Part shown: in pieces, positions 52,181 through 64,000 of the stretch | Layout of the letters: the number at the start of each line of letters is the position of its first letter | Position numbering within the stretch: the stretch's first letter is position 1 | Origin: Ophelia neglecta | Lineage: Eukaryota | Assembly: GCA_965285935.1 (NCBI GenBank) | Contig: OZ260666.1 | Location: 54,498,001 to 54,562,000 of the forward strand | Direction: 5' to 3' | DNA length: 64,000 bases | The notes under the pieces: generated by a model | Databases searched by the model: none | Seen by the model: the letters and a program-made list of their open reading frames with translations, nothing else | Told to the model about the DNA's origin: nothing | Position numbers and translations under genes: made by a program

Positions 52181-52950
52181 ATGCGAAGAATGCGATCGGT
52201 TTTCTTCAGTGGTAGATTAACCGCGGGTTATATTTTATATGTTGACTCACAAGTAGGTGTTTGTATACAAAGTTCATTAGGCAAACAAGAAACCCTTAAG
52301 TTCGAACAACTCGATGTTGCAATAGTCAATAACTTGACAAGAATGGTACACAAAAATTTGGATTTCGATTTTAAAGGTCGCGCCGTGCATTCTGGTGATA
52401 TCCACATAGCTCTTACAAGAATGACGGGCGTGACACACTCACATTGGGAGTGAATTAAATCTGTCCATCAGTGAGCGAAATTAGTGTGCAATGCGCAATT
52501 TTACGAATCTACATACCGCCCATAAGACAATTTATTCCCCCCCCCCCCCATTCTAAAGACAGGGGTCTTCCGATCAAGCATTCCTACGTCAAAAAGCATT
52601 TGTTCAATTTGATATAATCGCTGTAAGCCATGATGTTATCAACTTTGTACCAACATGGATTTTTTGTTTAGTTAACCTTAAACTGCGAAAATTGTGCAGC
52701 TTGAACTGATTTTGTTTTAAGTGACGACCTATCAAATGGACATGGTTAATGCGTGCATTTGTAAATCAGTATTACACTGAAGTGTTTCTGGAGAAATTCG
52801 ACCCGCTTTCCATCACATTTGTCGACAAACAACTATCGCTAACAGTTTTGTTCTTGATTAACCAACGAGAAGATCTTTTAAGATGTGTTGTGCCAAGGGA
52901 TTCAATCAAACACAGACCAATTTCACACTGTTGTTCTACCGGCAAAGTGC
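52181..52950 (+). mobile_element. CR1/L2 LINE ORF2 relic (endonuclease plus linker)
   Basis: GYILY...VGVCIQSSL...FEQLDVAI...GDIHIAL is APE-like, followed by FLEKFDPL...V.....LINQREDLLR, which resembles the LDK.APL...LI..RD.L linker. Confidence 0.42.
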
Positions 52951-55900
52951 GAAGAAAAGCCCATTCAAATTATTCAATATTGTCCTTAGTCCGCCTCAGT
53001 TAACTTGATTAATCGACATTAAATGAAGCATAAGTCGGTTCATTCATTAAGACTTACAAACATCGCACGACATCTTATAAGGTATCAAGTATATAAATAT
53101 TTGATTAGGAGATATGCAAGTACCTACATAAAGGTCCCATCTTTTAACGTATGTGCCGTGTCTTTCAATATCTGTAGCGAGTTCCAACATTTTTATGTGT
53201 ATACCGATATTCATATGTTCCCCAAATGTTCCTCAAACCCTCCACATACTTTTACCGATAAAGACAATTTTTTAAAGTGACCTTAACTTTTGTGGCTTCT
53301 CTCCTGGAGGGACTTAAACTTTAGAAGGAAGCCGTTCTACTATTGCCCTCAAGTGTTGGTATTTCTGCAGGTGAGAGATCAAAGAGACTTCATGTGACCA
53401 CTCGATGCCCTAGTCAAACAGTAGGAACTACCCCGCGGCTTAACTCTTGTTGAATGAATATTGCTACCGCCATAATTTATGCACTAAGCGACACACCATT
53501 GTCTTTTTTCCACATCGGACAGCTAAGACAAAATGGTTCTTACCCTCGTAAAGTATAATAAACATTTTATTTAATGTACTGACAGATCAGAACTCGCTGA
53601 TTACTGGTGGAACAAACTTCTAAATATCGCCCGCACTTCACTTCTTAAAGCCTTACTATAGCCAGCATCATGATCCCGTATTTCAACTAGTACTTTATCG
53701 ATAAAAAAACCTTTTATTTTGATTAAGAATGGCTTTAAACTTTAATAGTAATCGTCAGGTTATCGTACACTGATCTTTTAGAAAAACTGCACAATATCTC
53801 GTACTTAAATTTTGAAGTTCAATATTATGTGAGATGACAATGCAACATTTCGGATACGACAGATCTGGCAGTTCGGTTTTACTCTGAATTGCCTGCGTCT
53901 AAAATGGTACAGAAATAGACCATGAACGGGAATTCTGTACCCTGTAGTGGACTGAATTATGGATATTTTGTACGGACGCACAGTCATTGATACTTCTCAT
54001 AGTTTTTGCTAAACAGTTCGTTTTCTAGATCAGCTTTACCGATTTAGCACTGCAAAATTAAAATAAGCAACTTAGAGCCCTGTCGGTGCCAGTAGCCAAC
54101 GCAAATGTATATGACTTAATTGCAACTAATTCAATTATCCGGACTGTGTATGACACAAGTCAGACTGAGTTCTATTATAGGTTTCATAGGCTAATTGATT
54201 ATGGTTGCTTATAAAACCTGGACATAACATTTAATTAACACAATATCATTAATTATTTCAATGAAAAATATGCAGGTTTTTTCGAAAGAAAATTTGAAGT
54301 TAGTATTGTGTTGGTTCTAAAGGAAACTCATTAGTTGACATATGGTCAAATATAAGGACAAGGTCATGCCAAAAGCTTTCTATATCATTCTAACATATTT
54401 TACAGTTCTTAAAATAGAGTTGACAGTTTAATGGTGTTCTCTTTAGTATAAAAGAAATGTTCCTTGCAAGTGTTTTGTATCTTTTACAGTCGGCATTATC
54501 AAACTGATGATGTTTTTACTTAAAAGACCTGGCGACTGACTTCCTATCCCTTATTGTCCATATCGTCTCAGTTTTAAACCACACAAACATTTCTTCAATA
54601 TGTTGTCACAATACTTAATTGTATAATTAATCGTGGGGCTAAACTCATTAGCAGTGCCAGACAACATCAAGGTCGTTCCTTTAAGGTACCTATCGTAATT
54701 GCGCGCTCGTAATGATTAATATTTATCACTTCTCGCATTTGGTGCCAGATTTCACACCAAAGATAAGTATATTGATGGCTGTTGGACATGGTTTGTGGCA
54801 CTCCCTTTCAAAATATGTGGGAAAACCAGAAGTTGTTTATGGCACGGTATCAGTTTAACCAAGTTAGACGTATCAATCTTAATTAAGTGATTATACCGAT
54901 ATTTTATAAAAGCAGTTGGCTAAGCCAAGGTCTTTGCCAGCATAAAATTTAAATAGAAAACACTGTTACAAGTTAATGGCTATTTATAAGTTCTGTTTGT
55001 TAATAAACACGGACAGTACTTGATTCAGTTTGTAATGTTGGTTCTCGAATATTCGACTTTCATGGCTAATAAGAAATTAATAGTTACTTGCTATAGAAAT
55101 CACCAAATTACAAAGATATGTAAAGATAAACAAAAATATCCTTTAATTTATTTTCAGATCGCCATGTATTCCTTGTGTTTATGTTGAGAAAAAGTTTCCA
55201 AATGATCCTGCAGCAAAGTTTGTTATATACATTGGTGGGGTAAGGGTGTTGTGGGGGTGGGGCTTGAGGGAGGGGGGTTGGGGGTTTGGGTATCGTTGAG
55301 ACTTTGGTTAGTAGCGCTCCCGTCGGTCTTCCCACACCGTTCATGAATGTCGCATTGACACTGTAGTTCTGCTTTAATGTGGGTTATTAAAACGATTAAT
55401 GGTGAACGATATTTTCTCAATTTCATTTTGCAACATTGATATCAGGTCTTTATTACACTAACTAAAGGTGGCACGTGGGTTTTTCAGCTAAGTAAGTTCT
55501 AATAGGCATCGTATTTATGTGTTATAAACGTGTTAACAAATCAGCACAAATGTACCTTTAATCTTCTCTTTGAATTCTAAAACACTGGGCAAATTGTGAG
55601 GTGTAATAGCATAGGTAGGTGTAGGCTAAATGAGTTCCCTAGACCCGGATGTATGGTTCCTCCGGTCAAAAAATCACTAGACACATTGTTTTGATGGACA
55701 TGATAAACCAGAATATCCAGGCAAGGACAACATAGGCCTATCATACTAAATTAAAACAATTAACCTGACTTCAATACAGAGTTGTATGGTTTAGGGGAGG
55801 ATGGGCAACACCCCCCCCCCCCTCCCCTCCAGGAACATAACCAAATTTCGGTATCATAACTGACACCGATAACCAAATGTAGGGATATTTTTTAAGAATA

Positions 55901-58900
55901 CTATGTGCTGCACAAAAATATCGACAAGCTGTAACACTGTTTGCTTAATCGGCATACATTTTCCCCTACAAATTACGCGTGTTGGCTCCTAAAGGGGGCA
56001 AGACGAACACCCCCTGATAGCATGAAACGCACCTATGTTTATTGTACAATAAATAAATAAATATATACCCATGCCGGTACGTAGGGTACATGCCTTGCGC
56101 GCCCTCGGTTAAAAGAGTCGTACTCATCTGCATGATGTACATACATTTTAAAACAAATAAGAAACGCCATGCACATGCTCTGAGAAGTTATCGTGAAGGA
56201 CAAGAGCTAGTTCAACATAAAAAACTAGGTTTATGCCAGAGCATAGGTTAGACATAAGTGCTTGAGCTGGAGACAGGCCGTCACGCCTGTGTGCATTGTT
56301 TGTGTCACTTTAGTTGCTACGTGAGAAATTATCCCTTGGCCCTGTTTGGGCTTCGGGGCCTAGCCTTCGCCCCATATGCTCTTGTTGGACTTAGCTCTGC
56401 ATTTATACAAGACACTTGAAAACAATCATTAGCATGCTACTAAAATAAAAGATAAGATACGTTCAGATCGATAGAAATATTGGCCATACATCTGCCATAA
56501 ATAGCACCCTTCTTTTCCATATCAAAAAGGTCGTAGCCTACCCTCCAAAAAATGATACCCCTGACGCTAGTTGACCTTCCTATCCCCATGACGTCAACAA
56601 CTGAAAATATTAACTGACCGCTGAAGAAAAGTGGCAGGAAACTCCTTTGCCCCCCCCTCTCTCCCCCCGCCCGGCGCGTCTTGCTTCATCTTCCCAAACG
56701 AGACCCCTAGCCGGGAATTTACAAAAACAAACTTCAAATAAAAACTCATTATAAGTTATGAATAATAATTCTGTTAAGTCCATTGACAATGGGTAAGAGC
56801 GGGTATACACTATTCACCTTCAACAATGAACAAACGACCAATTACTTAACGACAGGCTAAAGGGCCTCGCTGCGCCAAGGATATACATGTAGGCCTAATA
56901 TCGATGTAAACAGTTTTTATACTATTGATATTTAAATGAACAACTTATCACGTCTGAGCAGAGTGAAAAAGTGATGAGTTCTGTTAATACTCTGCATGAC
57001 ATGAGTATTAAATTTTGAGGAATACGCCGAAGCCTGAACATGAGCAGTGTATTTCATAAAAAAAGGGGAGGAGGAGGGGTCTTCGGTCTGGATGGGTCGA
57101 CCGCGGACATTCTAAAACTCGGTCGAATAGACCGCCATTATTCATTAAGTGTATGAAGATAATTCACTTTCTACATGTTACAGTGAAAGACATTAAAAGG
57201 CTTTTAATACCCTTCGATTAAAGTGAAACAACTAAAGATGGGAAAAAGAAAACTATTAGCCACGGCAGCACGAATGTTCGCCATTTTAAAAAATACTGAA
57301 CTTTGTTTTTAATTATAAATTGAGATAACAAGATTGACAGAAAACGAATAAATATCTGAATATAATAAGAAATCTTTAATCATATCGAATAAATCCAGAT
57401 TATAATTATACCACTCAATGTCAAAACACTCGCTCTCCACAGCGGCTGGCCCCGAGCAGACGGCTAAAGTAAATACATTTTACAGTGCCCTGGATATAGC
57501 ACCTTAACCTATTTAATTTTTATATTACCGCATGAATAAATTAGACCTGAAGTTTGATTGTCCTCGAGGTCACAATCGATATCACAAGTGACGAGAATGT
57601 GATTTTTATAATATAGTTATAATATAGGTTATGAATTAGAAGTTATTCTTTCGACTGAGTAGTATTCGCCGAACATTTCAAAACTATTACACTATTTTAT
57701 CCATCTTTTGTTTAGGCCTAATAATAGTTCACACACATGTGTTTTAATGAAAGTTCATACTTTGATGTACACTTTATCAATAAACTGTTACAGTTCAGAC
57801 GCTGGTTATATTTATTGGAGTCAAACTTCCACATTCCCCTCATTGACCAACCGCCTCTGACTTCTTACTGACCTTGTTAGTTTCAATTGGAACATTTCCT
57901 TTTAATTAATTCATGATTTAGTATAAAACTGTGTGACTAAAACCCTAAATAGCTCTTTAGTCGTTCAAAATGAGCAACCGAAAGATGAAAGAATAAACGT
58001 TTACAATATTACAGCCTCGCGTGGCTTTCGAGACAAGCACACATGAATGGGTTTTTGTGTGTGAGGATCTTTAGAACTCTTATTAAGTTGTTTTATCTAA
58101 AGCAATTTTGATACTAAATATGTACATGCATATTAATCACAAGCTGATAGGAAGTTTTGTTAATAATTTTTTTCTTACACCAATATTGACCTTATACTGA
58201 AAAGAAGGTTATATGAATGGTAATGTAGTGTGTATTTAAAACTCGATTTGTTTGTCAATTGTCTGGGGAATGTCACAGCAAAATAGTAAATTAATCGAGG
58301 AATAGACGCGGTCGTTTATCGTTGTTGACACAGTCGCAGGTTCTTTGGAGACATCTAAGCAGAGTATTCCGCATGTTGGTTTAGTAAATCTTGCTTAAAA
58401 CATTAACATTCCAGCACATTGCCTGTGGCTTTACTCGTGTTTGATTAGCCCGGAAGAAAGGTTTAACTCGTATCAGCCGAAACCCATTTCAACGGGAAGA
58501 TATCAAGGGAATCACACCAATTAATTAAAAGTAGAACATGCTTGGGCAAGATAGTTAAAGTCCTTAAAGTGCAGTTTGTATTTCAAACTCAAAATGATCA
58601 GCTATTATTTGATGTGAACATTGTCACCCGAGACGCCTCGAATCCTAACTGAATTGAAATGGAGAAATCGTTGAATGTATATGTGTTCTTCTCTTTAAAA
58701 GGCTCGTGTAGTGTTTACTCTTGTTTGTAGCAAGCCACTTCTATAATTCCTGATTACTATCATTGGTTTCTGTTCATAAATTTCACCCCATCATTACTGT
58801 TCTTCAATTACACATTGAACTACCCCTATCTTTGCCTAGCACATGTTAGAGGGCGTTAGATGTCACACATACTTGGTATGATATTCTGGGACTATTTCCA

Positions 58901-58949
58901 ATCCGTCAAAACACAAACAACTCGCGGGCCTGTGGTGATAGACATGTTC

Positions 58950-59140
58950 TTTTAAGTGTGATTGTCGAGCGCTTCTACGTGGCATACAAAGGCCAAAGTG
59001 ACTTCCCGCAGATTTCAGAATGTGGTTGAATGTCAGTAAAGGGTTTTGTTGATAGTAGGTGATTTCAATGCCAGGGCCCGCTGTAGTTGAAGAATTACGA
59101 TGGTTTTGTCAGGTGAATCTAGTTGTGCTTCTCGAGCAGA
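58950..59140 (+). mobile_element. RTE-type LINE AP-endonuclease relic
   Basis: VLLIVGDFNAR at 59043-59075, preceded by FQNVV and followed by frameshifted GF.QVN...LLE. Confidence 0.6.
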
Positions 59141-62100
59141 CGGCGGCCACCCAGCCATAGTGTGTTGATAGGTATGTTTGCTTTATATATAACGTGAAGA
59201 TAATTTAAGTATTCATAGATCTCACTACACATTATATATCGAAACATAGGGATTCTTAAACAGCAGAGAAGGGGAAGGGAGGGATGGGTAGGGTTGGTGT
59301 GGGGTGTTGTTTTACAGGATTGGGGTACCAATAGGTCTGTATAGGGAATATACTTATTGAATTGAATCAATGCAAAAACAATAATTGGTAAGTTGTTTGG
59401 GCAATTTGCCATCTATAATACAGGTAGACGATTTCTTAGTAGTATGCACAATATAGTCAAGACATACACACATGAAGGGACATTGACGCTGGGAGGACAA
59501 TCCATCTCAAAGTGGTATGTTCTTTATACATTGATTTATAAAGCCATATACATCAAATGTATGTAGACTAGTAAGCTTCCCTGGAAGCTCTCCGCAGGCT
59601 TATCAGCTCGAAAACAGGATGTAGACTAGCGCTAGATTGAATTCGTCTGTATTAACATGCAAATGAAGATGTATTCTGGTGGTAACAGCCGTATCCAAGG
59701 TGTACAGTAATAAAAAAGTTAAAGGTACACCAGTTCAATTCAAGAACAATACAATCATAACATTCGAACACAGTCCTATATGTGTTTGTGTATGATGTAG
59801 TGAGTTTGTGTGTGATGTAGTGAGAGACTAGACCGTCTAAGGCACATTTGACTGCCTGCAGCCACCTGTTGGGAGATTATAGCTAGCCTACCTGTGATTA
59901 ATAAGATGTTAGGTCACAAGTACGAGGATGGCAGTCGCAGACCTTATGCACTGAATACTAGCTCATCTTTATAAATGATGTGCAAATATAAATCTCGTAC
60001 CCATCACATCACATTATGCTATTCTCACATTTTGAAAGTAATCAACGATGAAACTTCATTCATACATCATTAATTAATTAGAGTCAAATTAAATCCCCCT
60101 TAACATACAGCACACTGGTGTTGTAAATACTGGTCCTGTGTAGGAGGTGTTAAGTCGACGAAGTCACCGTGGACTAGTCAGAATAATGAGTCATCGGCCG
60201 GGTCTCAGGACTTGACAGTAATAGGGTCTAAGCCTGAAGCTTGCTAACATGTGTATTTAAAGTATGCAGATCTCTTCCGTGTATTGTCCTATTTACCTCT
60301 CTTATATTCTCCCTGACTTTTTACGTAAGGTTGCATTTTCATCTCAAGAACTGAACTGGTAAATTTAGACACTTTGTTGAAATTCGACCTAAAGCCATGC
60401 TAATTTACCTTGATTTCAATAGGAACAAGCTGTTGTTAGTATCCCTTTGTATTTTTTTCTATGATTTCTACAGTAAGTATGGCTCCACATACTTGGTGTT
60501 AGCCTCGACGTGATAATGCTTGCCTAATTCATTTCCATCGAGAGATGCCTTATTTCTGATGCATACATATTTGCACGACAGATAGCTTTTCTGTAATCTC
60601 GACCACGAATAATTATACCCCCACCACTGTCATCATGACATTGTATGCATTGTCAATTCGTCCTCCTTGAATATCGGCCCTTGAAAAAATACAAGGTGAT
60701 TAACATAATAAATATACGCAAAAAGGAAATTGTAAACCAAGACCAAACTGTCTCTGTAAATATTTGACGCCCAGGCACGGGATACATTTATTTTAGATAA
60801 AGAGCCCGTGTAGAGTTGAAATATACCAGTTCATAATGTAACTTCACATGAGGCGAAATTAATAAGAATATCAATAATTACAGTACAATTTACATGCCAG
60901 ATGGCAGGTCCCCATGTTAACAGTTTGAACAGAAGTAAACGCACCATCCACATTGACATATTTTTGATGAGTAATTACAAAACGGTGGTTCAAGGGGTCA
61001 GTTTTCACGAGGAGGTAGTGGGAAGGGTATCTTCTCCCAGAGCCTGTCTTACAGGAGGGGTGGGGTTGGGGTGAGGTTGGGGTGAGGGTTTTGCCCTCAT
61101 CAATATCGAAGGGAAGGGTTGAGACATTCCACACTCCGAATAGTGGAACACCCAAGCTAAACACATAAGGGGATGCTATAAAGGGTCGTGGGTCAAAATA
61201 CTTCAGACCATTTGCCATCCAAGACTTACTCACCATTATTAAACTCAACAAACATTTAAATTGTGCTTATTTATCATGACCTTCAAACTCTTCCCCGTTC
61301 GAACACCTTTGAGTTTATCGTTCATTGCCATTACGGTATGATGCCCGTGACATTTAACATTGTTTGAAAAGTCAACTCCCGATTGCTATGGCTCCAGTAT
61401 TGCTTGACTTTTGTTGATGTAATTAGTTTTTATTTCGAAATAAATTAACATTGCAACGTTTACCTTGAAGAATACATGGCACTTCATGCATATACAAAGA
61501 GTACTTGAGCTTTGTTGGTTTATATCTCCAAGCATGGCTTCTGCCAGCCACACCGGTGACATCCACATCCTGACCCGGATTTAGAGTGGGGAGGCGAGGG
61601 TCAGGAGCCATTTGTCACTGTAGATACGGTGCTAAGGATGTCGTCTCCAGAGTGGTGATGTGCATAGTGTCTGGACCTTCGTCTGAGATGAGGCAAGAAT
61701 ACCAAGTAAAAGACCCTAGATCCGTGTAGGCACCTCATACGACTGACACTTTTTGTCTCTTAGAGAGGAGTCAGAAATTGACAGGTAGCTCTCAAACACG
61801 CAACGATCCTTTCATCAAAATTGAAGTTTGAACGAATAGCTAAACATATATATTATTGTAGACAGGTCCGCCACAGGCGTTGCAAATTTAGCAAACATGA
61901 AAAACGTTTTATTTCAATGTAACGGACATCAAAACTAAGGGTATGCTATTAGGGGTGGGAACACCTGGTCTTGTTAATTCCTCGAGGGCACGCGTGTGGA
62001 AGATGTTTTAGAGGTTTAGAAGGCACACAACACTTTATGATAATTTGACAACGGCATTTCCTCAGTTTTTTTTCTAGCGGTAGGGGTTTGTTATTTCTAA

Positions 62101-63241
62101 TTACTTAGGGAAGTTATCATATATCTTTTTGTAGTTGTTTGAATTTGGAGCTACAAATAAAGGTTACTGTATGTTAGCAGCAGATAACTCCATGTCTATG
62201 TAAATAAAGCCCCTCATATCAAGAATATAAATGATGGACGATTGTTGGCATACACTCAACTTCTTTAAACATATACAATTAGGTTGAGCCACTTTAACAT
62301 TGTCGTATCTACAATAAACTTGAATACGGCTATGTACATTCTTGTAGGTCTTATTTTTAACATTATTCTTTAGTTTGTTTTGGCCCTTCAGGGATACTTC
62401 GCATAGCGTAAGTCTTATATTTTATATCTATATTATCCAATTCATAAGGCCTTTTTAGCCTTTTCAAATGTATAGATGAGGGCTTTGTTGTCCGGTAACC
62501 TGTCCCTCGCAAAATCCTTCACTTTATTTTTTCTACTGTTACACGATACTTTGAGAACTGAAAAAAAGGAACATTTTACTAACCAATTATCTTAAAGAAA
62601 CAGATTTCATCATTTGAACAATTGTTTTCATTCTCAAACACATAAGTTATTAAAAGAAGTTAAACAGGTCTGATATATAAATATTTGAAACTGTAAGTTA
62701 GAATTCAAAACAAAGGTTGCCGTGTACAACATTGGATGAATTGAGATCAATCTTACCCCTCCTTTTTGGTACCTTTCACCTGATTTTCAAGTACACTTAC
62801 AAGTTATAGAACTTCATAGACGTAAAACACTTGTAATGTTGACCTCGCCAGTATCTGCATTATACAAATATAGGACCTATATTATCATAGATGATGGACA
62901 TCAACCAGACGAACTAGGCTATCTGAAGTTGACACTTCTAGACATTCAAGCAGTCATCTTCTGACCTGCCTGATAATATTAAATCTGGACTCGTATGCAT
63001 ATGACCCCGATGCGTTCTAACGTACCATATTCTGTCTTAAAATATTCGGACATTTTCTAACACGTTAGCCTGTTAAAACGAGGCCATAGAAAGAAAAATA
63101 AAATACCAAAACACAGTGCTAACCAAAGGCGGTTCTTATTCCACGAGGATACGTAATGGGGTTTGATCGTCTGTCCCCATGGGCGGTGTAACCCTCCCCC
63201 CCTCCCACCACCACATTTTGCTGCTACCTGCACCATCGGCA

Positions 63242-63275
63242 TATAAAGCCAAGCGGATCGGAGCTTGCTTCAGTC
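63242..63275 (+). promoter_or_regulatory. TATA box plus initiator core promoter candidate
   Basis: TATAAA begins at 63242, and TCAGTC has its A at 63272, exactly 30 nt later. An ATG in good context (atcATGG) follows at 63307. Confidence 0.45.
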
Positions 63276-63787
63276 GCATTTCATCAAGTCTGAGGACTAG
63301 TGCATCATGGCTGGCAGACGAAGTACCAGAAGAACAGGAAGAATCCTCCAGTGAGTGAGCAGGCACAACGACCTCCCCAGGCAGAGGAAGAGGGTCAAGA
63401 GGTAGAAGAAGAGGGACCATCCCTGGCAGAGCTGACAGTACCCCCCCCCAAGATGGCCGTGGTAAGGGACGTGGACAAAAGGGCAAGGCAAGGGACAAGA
63501 GTTGAATGAGTGCAACGGGATTAAGCTTTGCTTGGCTCTTAAAATTGTCAAATAATCCCATAAATTAAAATCTTTTTGGGGTTGGCCTGGGTGATGGGGA
63601 TTTTTGGGGTTTGGCCGGGGGGTGGGGGTGGGTCTCATATTTCCAGGGTGATGGCAGCATTTATCATTTGTCACATTTTCCCTATGTTTCAGGTTATAAT
63701 GAATAATTTCACTTTCATGTTAATCCTTGCTGCTTTACCAAATTTTGTTTAAAACTGTTTCTTTTCAGATTCCCATAAAGAAAGTGA

Positions 63788-63885
63788 TGCGGATCAGTTC
63801 CGTATAATACGTATCCTGCGGATGAGTTTACGTATGTTACCTATGGGTTACGTATTTTACGTATTGGTTACGTATTTTACGTATG
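63788..63885. repeat. Short array of TACGTA-containing tandem repeats
   Basis: TACGTA at 63808, 63829, 63849, 63858, 63869 and 63878; ggttacgtattttacgtat is repeated with a 20-bp period. Confidence 0.8.
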
Positions 63886-64000
63886 GCTAAGTGTGGCATA
63901 CAGCAGATGCGTGGATGGTATATATGCAGACAGTGTGATCAGGATTTGTTTCTTCCCCTTGTATAACAAAACTACTATTATCTATCATTGGTCTTCTTGG

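Noticed and set aside
52340-52453. Pif1/Helitron helicase motif VI (GDIHIALTRMT resembling YVALSRV)
   Set aside because: The surrounding sequence fits a LINE endonuclease followed by the CR1/L2 linker better; no other helicase motifs seen.
60871-61617. Minus-strand gene (126-aa ORF plus possible exon 61617-61464)
   Set aside because: No recognisable domain, the ORF crosses a G-run repeat, and I could not build a phase-consistent exon chain.

Overview
AT-rich, intron-containing animal genomic DNA. The repeat landscape (poly-G MITEs, old LINE relics) suggests a marine invertebrate such as an echinoderm, but this is inference. Almost all entries in the ORF track are spurious. One real protein-coding gene can be assembled by hand on the + strand. 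Eight compact exons at 40605-43766 have canonical GT-AG boundaries and fully consistent phases, and a probable signal-peptide exon lies 23 kb upstream at 17521-17638. Joined, they give a 551-aa protein: signal peptide, four tandem 6-Cys helical modules (2 x 12 Cys, DUF19-like), a Ser/Thr/Pro stalk and a GPI-like hydrophobic tail. Module 1 resembles vertebrate neuritin (NRN1/CPG15) and the RGM N-terminal domain in cysteine spacing and motifs. The rest of the window is intron or intergenic DNA. It contains MITEs with intact TIRs and TSDs (8-, 5- and 3-bp), decayed LINE, LTR and DNA-transposon fragments, minisatellites, a GC-rich cluster of ~33-bp mini-palindromes, old direct and inverted duplications, a 166-N gap, and an orphan TATA+Inr promoter near the right end. 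All homology calls were made by eye; no searches were run.
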